From Microbotryum violaceum (lineage: Eukaryota): DNA of 64,000 bases. The translations under genes and the position numbers were made by a program. Location of the stretch: positions 2,495,591-2,559,590 of the forward strand of contig LN717261.1 in NCBI GenBank assembly GCA_001244265.2. The letters run 5' to 3'. The notes beneath the pieces are model-generated. The model had not been told where the DNA came from. It searched no databases and was given only the letters and a program-made list of their open reading frames with translations. How positions within the stretch are numbered: the stretch's first letter is position 1; each line of letters starts with the position of its first letter. Shown piece by piece: positions 33,901-51,095 of the stretch.

Positions 33901-35086
33901 GTTGAGTCGTTGACCATGTGGTGACTGGCGGCAGAGTCGAGGAGGAGGCTAGGCGAGTCCGACGTGACCGAGGGGAAAGAAGTAGCCGCGAAGGAGACGC
34001 TGGGGGCCGTCTCCGAGATCTCGCCGGGGTCGTCCGAGGCAACAGCGAGGCGAGCTTGAGCGGGCGGCTTGGCGTTCGCGTTCTGCTTGGAGCGATTGGG
34101 CCGGGGCCTGGAGAATAATCGCTTCTTCGCATCCCCATCGGTGCACTCACGGAGCCAGTGCAGGGGCCAGTCTTGCAAGCGGGGCACGGGCCGGGTGGGG
34201 TCCCCGATTTGTCCGAGTTCGAGACATACGCGGAAGGGCGTTTGTCGATATTGTTGTGCGCTGCAACACGCATCAATTTCATCGTCTCCTCGAGGGAAGG
34301 AAGCCTGTCCTTTCCCTGGTGCAGTTGAAGGAATGTCTCGCGCCAAGGATCGAGACCGTCGTTGAAGTTGGTACTGAAGAGGCGAGCGGCGACAAGCACT
34401 TGTTCAATGTCGAGGTTCCCTTGACGAATCTCTCTGGCGAGATTGAGATCGTGGTTGAGGTGCTTGTCAAAGTCGCCCTTGGAGGAAAGCGGAATCTGGG
34501 GCATCGAGAATCGCTGGATGAGTTTGGCGTACGCCTGGGCGTCCCGAGGCGAGTAGCGCTCCTTCAGAGTGATGTAGACTTGAGACGGGGTATCGTCTTC
34601 TTGGTAGACGTCTTGAATGGATGGGTGCAGCGAGTTGAAGAGGACGCTTCGTACGTAGTCCTTCCACTGGTCCTGAGTTGCGATGGACCATTCAGCGGGG
34701 AAGTTTCCCGTCTGTAGATACGAGAAGATGGGTGTGGGCACTAACGCTTTTAGTGCGCGATGCCACCGCGGGTAAGTTGCTTCGTCCTTCAGTCGGTTGA
34801 CCGCCTCGAACGTGATCGACGTGGCAGCGGGGACACGCGGGACGGAGGCGGGGTCGGTGGTGGTGTCAGGGGGTGAGGACGAGGAAGAGCGGTTGTCACG
34901 ACCATGAACGTCGAGGGCTTGCTGGATAAGAGCCTTGATTTCCTCTGCAGTGGGTGCAGCAGAAGACGACGACATGACGGCGCGGGCCAGCAGGGGTTGG
35001 CCGGGTGGGTGAACGCTCGCGGTGGAAGGCGGTGGAAGCTCGTCGAAGCTTGCGTGCTCTGAGCTGGTAGGTCGGTTGGGGCTCAT
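30976..35086 (-). mobile_element. Ty1/copia element C, internal region (gag-PR-IN-RT), RNase H missing
   Basis: Motifs LLDSAASHHM, LHRRLGH...[41 protein letters not shown] and YVDD. Starts at ttATGagccc, a copia-type PBS-like motif. Confidence 0.92.
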
Positions 35087-35087
35087 A

Positions 35088-35267
35088 AGTACTTAGCACT
35101 GTGATTATGAGTGGAATGCAAGCATGTACCAGTACTACCAGGCATCGATCGCTCAAGCGCGCTTATACACACAATAGCACTGAAATCAGGTTGTTGTTGC
35201 AAAAGCACTATAAGTGCACTAAATGGCACGGAAGCCACTAAATGGTACAAAGTGCACTAAATGGCAC
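35088..35267. repeat. ~180-bp direct repeat, copy 2
   Basis: Matches 27625-27802 and abuts the 5' end of copia C. Confidence 0.75.
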
Positions 35268-35340
35268 AAAGTGCACTTAAGTACCTTTTAAGTGACATTT
35301 AGTGACCCACCGGAGATTATAGACAGTGCACTAAATTTCA

Positions 35341-35697
35341 CGTTCTAGAACGAGACAAACCACGTGGCGTGACGTCATGGCGCGCGAAGCGCGCCACCGC
35401 ACTGGTCTTCTATCACCTATATCTATCCTTAAAACTATATAATAAAACTAGTGCGGTGGCGCGCGTCACGCCACCTGGTTTGTCTTGTTCTAGAACGCTC
35501 TTTGTTCCTTAAAACTATATAATAAAACTAGTGCGGTGGCGCGCTTCGCGCGCCATGACGTCACGCCACGTGGTTTGTCTCGTTCTAGAACGTTCTTTGT
35601 CTCGACGTATCCATTTAGTAGTATAGAAGATACTAGTGTGGTGGCGCGCTTCGCGCGCCATGACGTCACGCCATGGGGTTTGTCTTGTTCTAGAATG
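35341..35697. mobile_element. Cluster of mini-Helitron copies (one +, three -)
   Basis: Repeats of cgttctagaacg-agacaaa-ccacgtgg-cg-tgacgtca-tggcgcgcgaagcgcgcca-ccgcaCTAG and tccttaaaacta 5' ends; same family as 1519-1653. Confidence 0.9.
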
Positions 35698-35714
35698 TGG
35701 CCTATTTGATTATA

Positions 35715-36772
35715 CTAGGTTCGGCGGCGCGCCACCTCACAGACGTCGATGTTGCTGCGGTAGAGGCAGGGTTCAGCGAAGAACTGTGTGGGACCGGACC
35801 GGAACGCTCTCGCTTGAGCCTTTCAGACCTCCGAGATGTCGTGCAACTATCAGTATTTTTGTTGTTGTCCATCTGTAGCAATGGCAGTAAAGACTCACAT
35901 TTAGTGTGCCAATGACCCGGATTCTCAACTGTACAAAGTCAAGCAGCACCTCAACTTCAACCCAGAAGTCAGCATTCCATCAAGCAAGCGTCAATGATTT
36001 GTGCAGGCAATGACTTGGGAATAACGGGAAGGGATCTTGAGAAGACTTGTCCCTTGATGTTACAGTCCAACCGGTCATTAGTCATGCTGCCCTGCGCTTT
36101 GCTTTTGAAAGATTGGCACATACCTGCCAACACAACGGTCACTCCACCGAACCAAGCCGTTGAGGGTGACGGGAAGGCATTGCTTCGGATCCCCTGTGAT
36201 GTTACAGTCCAACCGGTCAGTTAAGCATGCTGCCCTGCGTTTTGCTTCTGAAAGATTGGCACACACCTGCCATCGCGACGGTCACTCCACCAAACCGAGC
36301 CGTCAAGGATTTGCCACGGGATCTGTACTGCATACTGCACAGTTTCTTGAGAAAACTTGTTCCGTATTCGTTTCAGAGCTTCCACAATGACCGATTCGGA
36401 TGTCGCAAGCTCGAGGTGGCAATGGGATGAGGTGTGATGGGTAAGGTGTGAAGAGCAGGAGGGAGAAAGATGGAGAAGCCTGCGCTTCAGTTTGAACCGG
36501 ACTCATAGAATGTCGTGGAAGGCCGCGGAACGTCGTGGAGTGAAGCCCGAAGCAGAAGGTCATGTGCCAGGCTGCTTTGATGGGAAATGGAACCTCGGCG
36601 AACGTGGACGGAATGGTCTGTTGCCACGTGATTTGTCTCCCGTTCTCTGACGTTCTTTGACGTCAACGTGGTAGACACGCAAAACAGTGTGCATCGGGAC
36701 ACAGAGCGTCACGTGCTATTCAATGGAACCTCGGCGAACGTAGGCGAAACGGTCTGAAACAGCGCTAGCTAG
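35715..36772 (-). repeat. Helitron-derived mosaic with a collapsed 3' hairpin
   Basis: Begins ctaggttcggcggcgcgccacctcac (reverse of the Helitron 3' end) and includes ~142-bp helicase-derived units. Confidence 0.8.
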
Positions 36773-42830
<6,058 letters not shown>

Positions 42831-43069
42831 TTTTAAGGATAAGTTTTAAGGATTTACCAGTGGGAACCCGTTAAATTAACGGGAGGATCAAATTCAAAAG
42901 AAAAGCAGGATAATCGAACAGTCTACATGATCTCAGCGCAGAGGTTAAGAAAACACCCTACGAAGTACAGCAAAGAAACAAATCCATTCATCCTACATTC
43001 ATCGCCGAAACAGCCTACATGTCGCTTGTTGCCGGATTTGGCTTCAAACACTTGCAGGAATTAGGGCGC

Positions 43070-43435
43070 CGAGAGCGGGCCCAGTCGATGGTAAAGGCGT
43101 CAAAAAATCCGAAACATGTGGGGTCCTTGAGTGCCTAGTCGAGTCTGGTCAAAGTGGGCAGCGAGCGAAGTGAAGACAGCCCGTTCAACTTGTTGTACGA
43201 CCGGGCATTCTCGCGGAATGCAACCGCTTCTGTGTAGGTGGGTCGAACAGTTCAGCATGTGGGCCTACGACGGACTGGAGAAACTGACCGGTATCCGACC
43301 CTTCAAGCAGCTGTCGATACTCGGGATTGGGCCGGAGAGAGGAGGTAGCTGCACCTTACCCTGCGAACAGCACGTGCTCAAGTGTCCGGTTCGTCCTTTG
43401 CACTCCCAGTGTCGAGCCTTGCAGTGGATACACAC
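43070..43435 (-). pseudogene. N-terminal region of a Helitron Rep protein
   Basis: Manual minus-strand translation gives CIHCKARHW, CCSQGKVQLPPL, FRENARSYN, FTSLAAHFD...GPHMFRIF and LYHRLGPL, the typical Helitron N-terminal motif series; frameshifted. Confidence 0.8.
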
Positions 43436-43990
43436 GGCCATCTGGGGCCGAGTAAGTTGCGAATGGGAACGTGGGGCTTGAGTGGTTTGAGCTCGATTCG
43501 AGGCCTGCGCACTTGCCTCTGCGCAGGAAGAGGTGGTGGTGGGGCGAGCTCAGCGTCGGATCGGCCATCGGGCCATCGCGCTGACCACGCTGTCCGTTCT
43601 ACAAAGCTGTACGGCGGACGCTTATTCGGGTCGCAATACCAAGATCGGTTGGTTGTTATCATTACGCGCGGGGAGCTGACCTTGTTGATCGGAGCGGGAC
43701 GAAGAGGAGAGGAGAGCAGCGGGCCAAGCAGCAGGCGCTCGAGTAAGCTCGCCAGACTCGGCGCGGTTGTCACAAAAATTCGGTGAGTGGGAGGGAAAGG
43801 AAAGAATTAGAGAGAGTATCGTGGGACTATTTACAGCCCCTGGAAGATCCTGTTGTTGTTCAGCCCCTAAAACCGGTGTCGCGTTGTAAACAATACACAT
43901 CACGTGATTGACGGTGCATCCGTAAGCCGCGCCCGCAAAGACAGCGGGACAACCTCTGAGCTCTGTAGAAGAAGTGTCATGCAAACCCAC

Positions 43991-44575
43991 GTGCTTGCTA
44001 TACATTAAATCCCACACAAACTGCTCAATAGTTGGGCACCCCGCCAAAAATCAACAAAAAAAATCCTCGGGCTGTAGCTCGACTTTTATGGTGCAGAAAA
44101 TGTGAAAAGGGTCGTACATGACTTCTGGTCGGGACGCCAATATCACAGGCAGGTGCGGCAGACGCAATGCTGTACTGGTACATTCACTATAGGCGGCCCA
44201 GAGGGCCGCAACACAGTCAAAAACAGCGATTTTAGGTACATGGGTCGCGCGGATCGACCTTTTTTTTACTACCTCTTTGTATCCTTTACTACCTCTATAT
44301 ATATATAAAGGTCGATCCGCGACCATGTACCTAAAATCGCTGTTTTTGACTGTGTTGCGGCCCTCTGGGCCGCCTATAGTGAATGTACCAGTACAGCATT
44401 GCGTCTGCCGCACCTGCCTGTGATATTGGCGTCCCGACCAGAAGTCATGTACGACCCTTTTCACATTTTCTGCACCATAAAAGTCGAGCTACAGCCCGAG
44501 GATTTTTTTTGTTGATTTTTGGCGGGGTGCCCAACTATTGAGCAGTTTGTGTGGGATTTAATGTGTAGCAAGCGC
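43991..44575. repeat. Long inverted repeat (~270-bp arms, 44-bp spacer)
   Basis: 43991-44262 is the reverse complement of 44307-44575. I see no mismatch over roughly 44002-44243. Confidence 0.97.
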
Positions 44576-44939
44576 AATAAGATCATGTACGAGTTGTCAA
44601 GAATCCAATCATACCTTATTATCTCTTAATACTATTCACTTCCATGCCCCTATTTTATTCGTACTAGCTAGCTTCATCCCTCCTCAATTCGTCGTTCTGC
44701 ACCTGCCAGATCCCAGCGCCTGATGGAGTTCCGGTTGACACGTCGGATTCGGTTGAATTCGCGCGCCCCGCGGGCGCTCGTCTCTCTTCCTTCTCCATCT
44801 ATCTTCCATCCTCCATCTTGCGCTCGTACTCAACTGCTTGAGTCGGGATCCAGGTCAATCTCCCTGCAATCTCGATCTATCTTCCGTCCTCCATCTTGCG
44901 CTCGTACTCAACTGCTTGAGTCAGGATCCAGACTTCTGA

Positions 44940-45680
44940 TACGAGTGGGCTCGCGAGGTCGGCCTAGTCCAGGAGCTCGAACGCAAAGGTGGGATGAGTG
45001 AAGGCCAGATCAAGACCATTTCCATCAAGAAGCTCGCCGACCACTTTGAAACTTTCCTCGGCGCTCTTCACGTCGACCAAGGTACCGCAGGGCCGGACTA
45101 CTTCTTGGCTCCCCTGTTCGTGCGCGAGTATAATCGCCTGTTGGGGGTCAACCTCCTCCTCGATGGTGCTTGTAGCGAACGCTCGCCTCAACCTTTCAAG
45201 ACTTGGATTCCCAATACGATATTGTTTGAGGACTACAAGGATATGCAAGGCGTACTCGAGGCTTCGAAGCGAACGACGGGAGAGACGGATCGACTGAACA
45301 CCAAGAGAACTGATGAATCGACAGCGACCGCTCCGGCGCCAACTTCGGTCCCGTCCAAGCCGTTGTTCCCTTCCAAGCCCGCAGCGAGCGTCAAGACAAG
45401 CGGACCTGTGTCGAAGACACCCAAAGCCAAGAAGCCAAGCGTTTCTACCCCGCTTTCAGCGCCCTTGTTGGAGAAGAAGGCCAAAGCGAACGAACCCAAG
45501 TCCAAGCCTCAACCTCAAGTCACACCAAAGAAGCCGACAGCGCCCAAGTTGCCGCAGATCAAGCCCAAGAGAGTCTCGGTCGTAATGGCCAAAGCTTCTG
45601 TTGTCGAGACCAGGGCGATTCCGACGACGGCAGTTCAGTCGGGCAAGAAGGGTAAAGGTGCTCGCGCCAAGGCTGAGTGA
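44940..45680 (+). CDS. RNase III-like protein fragment (C-terminal half of domain) with Lys/Pro-rich tail; possibly a pseudogene
   Basis: In-frame EWAREVGLVQEL...KKLADHFETFLGALHVDQG matches the RNase III consensus A..lGL...LADxFEAxxGAxYxDxG. The ERLEFLGD signature was not found upstream. Confidence 0.65.
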   Translation, partial: YEWAREVGLVQELERKGGMSEGQIKTISIKKLADHFETFLGALHVDQGTAGPDYFLAPLFVREYNRLLGVNLLLDGACSERSPQPFKTWIPNTILFEDYKDMQGVLEASKRTTGETDRLNTKRTDESTATAPAPTSVPSKPLFPSKPAASVKTSGPVSKTPKAKKPSVSTPLSAPLLEKKAKANEPKSKPQPQVTPKKPTAPKLPQIKPKRVSVVMAKASVVETRAIPTTAVQSGKKGKGARAKAE

Positions 45681-45912
45681 TCGCGAGTGGGTCTTGCGTG
45701 TGCTGCGTTTTCCTCCCTGCCATTATCCCGAGTTTGTCTGTCGGAGCGGTATCTGTCTGTCGCTGCCTGTGGATCCATATCTATCTCTCTTGGTCCTTCT
45801 TACTTCCTTTTGCAACCAAATGATTGTCATCTGTCACCGCGCTGATCGACGCGCTGATCGAATTTGCACTGGGGTATATACATTACATTACATTACATGC
45901 GGATCGCTTCAA

Positions 45913-46535
45913 TTACGCTGACGATGTCGGCGGTGCCTGTTTTGAGCCCAAGTGTTGAGATGGCAATAGCCCGGCTTTCCTGACGGCATCTCGTATCCTT
46001 CGGTCGTTGGAGATGGTTCTTGTCCCTGCGTTGACCTGGGGCAGAACGGCCATATCTGAAGTGCCCGAGCAGCGGAGAAGCGAGTGAGCTCGAGGTCACA
46101 CCAACCCACCGGCTACGAAGGCCGAACTGTGGACTGACCGAGGATGCCAGCCTTGACCAAGAGCTTCTCGGCGGCCTTGGTCGGTTTCGCGCCTTGGCCC
46201 AACCAATACTTGACGCGATGTTCGTTCCAGACGACCCTCTTCTCCCCCGCTGCGACGGTCGCGGCCTGGACCGATTCGACACATGTTGTAGGCTTGTTGG
46301 GGGAAGGCGATGAAAAGGAAGGCAGTTGCAGTGGCGGACCCCATAGTTTGGGATCCCTGGTTTCTCCGTTGGGCGAATGGGACTGGGTCGGTACAGCGAC
46401 GGGGATCGGAGTCCAGGTGCCGAGTACTTCCAAGGGACGGGCATTCGGTCGCAAAGAACGGCGCGTGGCGACGAGAGAGTAGCTGGGGGCGTTGCGGGTC
46501 AGGTGGTGGCGCGAGAGACGTAGTCGGACGGACAT
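45913..46535 (-). CDS. MRPS16: Mitochondrial ribosomal protein bS16m
   Basis: MSVRLRLSR...PSYSLVAT...PLEVLGTW and RVKYWLGQGAKPTKAAEKLL; one predicted intron near 46057-46139. Confidence 0.85.
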
Positions 46536-47009
46536 GGTGGTTGGGAGGGTGGAATGGAGTCTAGGGAGGAAGGCGGCAAGGCGGCAAGGCGCGTGAGATG
46601 GGTGAGAGCTGAGGCCGCTAAGTATAATAAGCTCGTCGATTCACGCTAGATATCGTTATTAGTTCCTGCTATTGTCTGCCGTGACCGAGTTGGGCTGCGA
46701 AAACAGTCGCCGCATCTCTTCCGCTTCCTGCCCCTCACTGCACCCACACCTTCACCTTCTCAGTTCACACATTATACACGCCCATACACGCTCCTTTCCT
46801 TACCGCATCTCTTGCCTCCAGCCACTCGTAGCCGCTCGTCTCCTTTACCCACCAGGTCAGTCCGTCCCCCTGCACAGAGCTCTTTTCCTGCTAATGTCTC
46901 GTAACGTGGATCCCACCACACCCCTCTCCACACACCACGACCGCAATCAAATCACCTGATGATCTTTACAAAAACTTAATGGATAATTTGCGACTGAATT
47001 ACAACATCT

Positions 47010-47033
47010 ACACACACACACACACACACACAC
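47010..47033. repeat. (CA)n microsatellite
   Basis: About 12 CA units. Confidence 0.9.
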
Positions 47034-47416
47034 TAACCGCTGCTCTGAAAGGAGGTTCAGTTTTTTTTGTGTGTGGGTGTGTGGGTGTGACTTGAGTGAT
47101 ACTCTTTGCATGTCTGATGATTGCGGATTAACGACCTACATATATCAGACCATCGCCATGCCTTTCGGTGAAACTGACCCTGAGGTTTCTTGACGCTTGC
47201 TCCTGTACAGACTATCGCATGAGGTACAAGGAGCTCGGCCTGCTATAGTGTACACATCTTGATCTGGCCCTCCTGCAAAGATTTGAATGTTCATTAAAAA
47301 GTTCCAAGTATCCCTCTCGAGAATGCTCTACTGTGCAAAGTCGTCTCTCCTTCCCGTTCCTCCCCGCAAAATACCATCCTGCTTTGGGCAAAATGCCACA
47401 CTGCTTTGCCAATCGC

Positions 47417-49464
47417 TCATCGTTCCCCACCGCCTAAATTCCCCTGTACGACCTTACCCCACATCCCTTGATTCAAGCTGACCGCCTTCGCCAACTGCAT
47501 CTTCAATTTTTCAATCTGCTCCTCCAACTCTTGCACCTTGACCAACGCTTCCGAACCCCGATCCACACCAGTCGCCATCGTGACTTTGTCTCGCGAGCCG
47601 AGCGTGCCGAGCGTGCCTCCGTAGGAATTCAACGTAACCGATTTTATCCGAACGAACGCACCCACGTCCCTAACCAACGGTACCCTCATCTCCACGACCC
47701 TGCCCTGACTCCCACCTTTTAAAAACTCTTCCCCCCCACTCCCCCCTGTAGTATTCAACACCATACTCCTCCCCAACCCATGCACGAACAGCGTCCTCGC
47801 CCCTTCAGTAGGGTTCGTCGTAGTGGACGTGTTGGATCCTAGGTTCGAGGGACGGAGGAGGGTCGTGAGGTAGGTTATGGCGGATGGTGGGGCCGTGGAA
47901 GGGGGAGGGAGTATGATGCGTATCGCGAGCAGCGACGGCAGTGATAAGAGGTGGATCTGCGAGGTCGACGTTCCGACGAGCAAGGTCGGGGATAAGGAGG
48001 ATAGCGAAAGTGCTGTGATACGATCACTGAGGATCGGAGCGAACAATTCGCCGATCAGCGAATAGGATCGCACGGAGGAGGTAAGAAACTCGGCACGTAC
48101 GAGATTGAATAGATGTTTTGCTCCACAACGGTCTGCACCCTCCCATGCTCGTCATTCCCAACCAAAGGTTCGACCGCACTCGCCAGACCATCCGAATCCG
48201 GCGTTGGATTATGGTGCAATGGAACCTTGACCACGCGGTATTGGGTCGACTCGGAAGGGGATGCGGGGTCCGGTCCCGAGGCAAAAAAGTAGCGCTCCAG
48301 AGGGTCCCAGGCCAGGAGTTCGATCGGGTTTGGGAAGGAGAACGTGGCGAGGAGAATCGAGGGGCAGGTCGAGATGTCCCAAACCTGGATTAAAGTGCAT
48401 GCGAAAGTCGTGTGTCAACATTGTGCAAGGAGAAGCCCACCGGCAGCTTAAATCGCTAGGGGCAACGGACCTTGACGGTCGAGTCGAGAGAAGCAGTCAT
48501 GATGCGACATTTGGGGAACGAGCCCAAACCGATCGCGATCGAGGTGATGGGTAGTGTATGGTCCGACAGGGTGGCGAAAGGTGTCGGTGGGTTCCGAGGG
48601 GATGCGTTCAGTAATCTACAAGAATGGAGCCTCGTCAGCTCAATCTGGCTACGGACGGGGCAAGGAGGAAGGCACGACTTGCCTGCCCATGGCCCAGACT
48701 GATACACCCGAGTCTTCGGAACCGGAAACGAGCGCGGCGTTATCGGAAGAGAATTCGAGTACGGAAATGGCTCGATAGTGGGCGTCGATCGTCAGAAGGA
48801 GTGAACCCGAGGAGGTCTGGAGACGAGCCGACGAAATTGGCCGAGATGGAGGTGGTCCAGATGAGGGGATGGGTGGAGTGATGAATTAGCTCACGAGCCG
48901 AACCTATGTAAAAATTTTGGATCCGATCCTACTGCGACTCACCTCCCACAAGAATATGCGACCGTCGAGGGTGCCGCCGGCCAAGTACAATCCCGAATGA
49001 GCAACGGCGATCGTTGTCAAGCGCATCGGGGGGATCAGGCGCTGAACGACTTGTGCCTAGTGAGCGGTAATGGGTGATGGGTCAATACCCAGATCCGAAT
49101 AGCTTCCGAACTCCCATCGTGCTGGAGCTACCTTGTGGAAGGACCACAGATTCATTCCCGACCTGCCATCCTTGCCTCCAAGACCGATCAGATAGCCACC
49201 GACTCCATTCGACGCCGGAGCATATCCAAACGACTTGCGATCCGACAAGGCCCAGCTCGACCCAAATTGATTCGGGTCTTGTTTCCCTGAGGCTGTTGTC
49301 GAGGTGGTGGTGGACGATGCGGAGGAGGAGGCGTTTGGGGATCTGAAGGAGAAGACCTGGGCGCCGGTCTGGATCGAGTGGAGCAGGGTCGTGGTCAGAG
49401 GTGAGGCGGGGGAGGAGCTGGTGGAGGACAGGATCAGCTCGCTCGGCATCGAGGTCAAAGTCAT
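47417..49464 (-). CDS. IPI3: WD40 pre-rRNA processing protein of the Rix1 complex (Ipi3/WDR18 family), multi-exon
   Basis: LYLAGGTLDGRIFLWE, HYRAISVLEFSSDNAALVSGSEDSGVSVW, LSDHTLPITSI...RIMTASLDSTVK, and a C-terminal coiled coil. Confidence 0.8.
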
Positions 49465-49794
49465 GGCTGCGCTCCTACTCGATTGAGGAGATGGTGAGAG
49501 ACCGACTGAGCGGAGGCTGATTGATTAGATGCGCCGATGCGGTGATCGAGACAGTATCGAGACTGGCGCGTGCGAAGTGCGAAGTGCGAAGTGCCGAGTG
49601 TCAGCTGTCGAGTGCGGAGGAGTGCGGAGGGGTCGAGGTGCGGAGCCTTGCGGAGCTCAAAGCGCTCAAACACACTTGCGAAGGCCGAACAGGGCCGAAC
49701 CACCCGGCCGCTACGAGGTCGACTCACCCCGGCGGGTGCGCACTGCGCGTATAGCTTGGTTCTCGTACACCGACAACCTGCCTCATTTCAAAGC

Positions 49795-50947
49795 ATGACC
49801 CGGATAGATAATCTTCCCCAAGTCAGCCCCCCGCATCTCCACGCAAAGCGGATGATCTGGCCCAGCTGACTCTCCGCGATTCTCCCACCCCTCGCCCGCG
49901 CACGTGATCTCGCCAGCACAACGCCCAGTACGGCGCACAGGCCTACTGGGACGAACGCTACTCGAACGTGCGCCGATCATTATCAGTCCCATACGTAAAC
50001 ATTTGATTGCTCATTCGTTCGGTTTCTTCACCTCACAGGAAGCCGAAAACGCGAGCTTTGACTGGTTCCAGACGATCGACCTCGTGCCACTGGTCCAGCG
50101 CTTCGTACCCGATACAAGCGCTAGAATATGCATGCTGGGCTGTGGCAATTCACGTAAGCCCATCGTCAATACCAACGACTCAGAGATGTATTCCAAATGT
50201 ACCTATCGTCCCCCGCCTTTCACCGTCGAGCAGTCCTCTCGGCGAACCTCTACGACAAGGGCTACCACTCCATCGTCAACCTCGACTATTCGCCCATATT
50301 AATCGAAAAGATGAAAAATGTGAACTCGACAAGAAGACCCGAAATGATATGTAGGTTTTCCATGCGAAACGACCCCATCAGGTTTGGGCCGTCGGTTCAG
50401 AACCACCCCTGTCCCGACTTGAGGGAACTGATCAGGACGCTCCGTGATGGGACTCGGTTTGCATTCGCAGGGCAAACCGCCGATGTCCGAGCATTACCTT
50501 TCGACGACGAATCCTTCGACGTCTGCATCGACAAAGGTGCGTTCCAAATTGTCATGCTTCAGCAACCAGTATTGCCACCGAATGCTGAGAAGACCCTCAT
50601 CAGGCACGATGGACGCGATGATGACCTCCATCAGAAACCCTTGGAATCCACCCGATCAAGTGATCAAAGATTGTAACGATGAAATCGATCAGGTTGTCAG
50701 GGTGCTCAGGAAACCGAACGGGGTGTTTTTGTACCTGTACGTAACCCAGTCTCGAGCTTGCAGGCGGATCTCGGTCTGACTCGACGCTCTTACTTCAAAT
50801 AGTACATGGGGTCAACCCCATTTCAGGAAGCAGTACCTCCTTCGAGAAGGTTGGCAATTGGAGACCGTCGAACTAGGCGACGGCTTCTGCTATTACCTCT
50901 ACGTGTTGCGCAGGAAAGATCGCGATGACAAGCCAAAGGCGCCGTGA
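49795..50947 (+). CDS. Class I SAM methyltransferase, METTL13-N/EEF1AKMT4-like, multi-exon
   Basis: YWDERY, FDWF, MLGCGNS, NLDYS, ADVRALPF...FDVCIDKGTMDA and TWGQPHFR. Confidence 0.85.
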
Positions 50948-51095
50948 AGAATGTTCGCCGAACAATCAAGTTCATTGTTTGTACGACAGAGTCGAGATGT
51001 TGCAATTGCACACGCGCACAGAATATGCGGGAAGGGAGAATCTTGCGAGATTCGAGAGACGGGGTCGTCAATGCGCAAAGAAGATGAAAGGGTCG

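Noticed and set aside
35341-35697. CRISPR-like array of palindromic repeats
   Set aside because: Eukaryotic context, mixed orientation and no unique spacers; explained by stacked mini-Helitron ends.
44051-44464. Two ORFs with identical N-termini on opposite strands
   Set aside because: A direct consequence of the palindrome; no protein motif.
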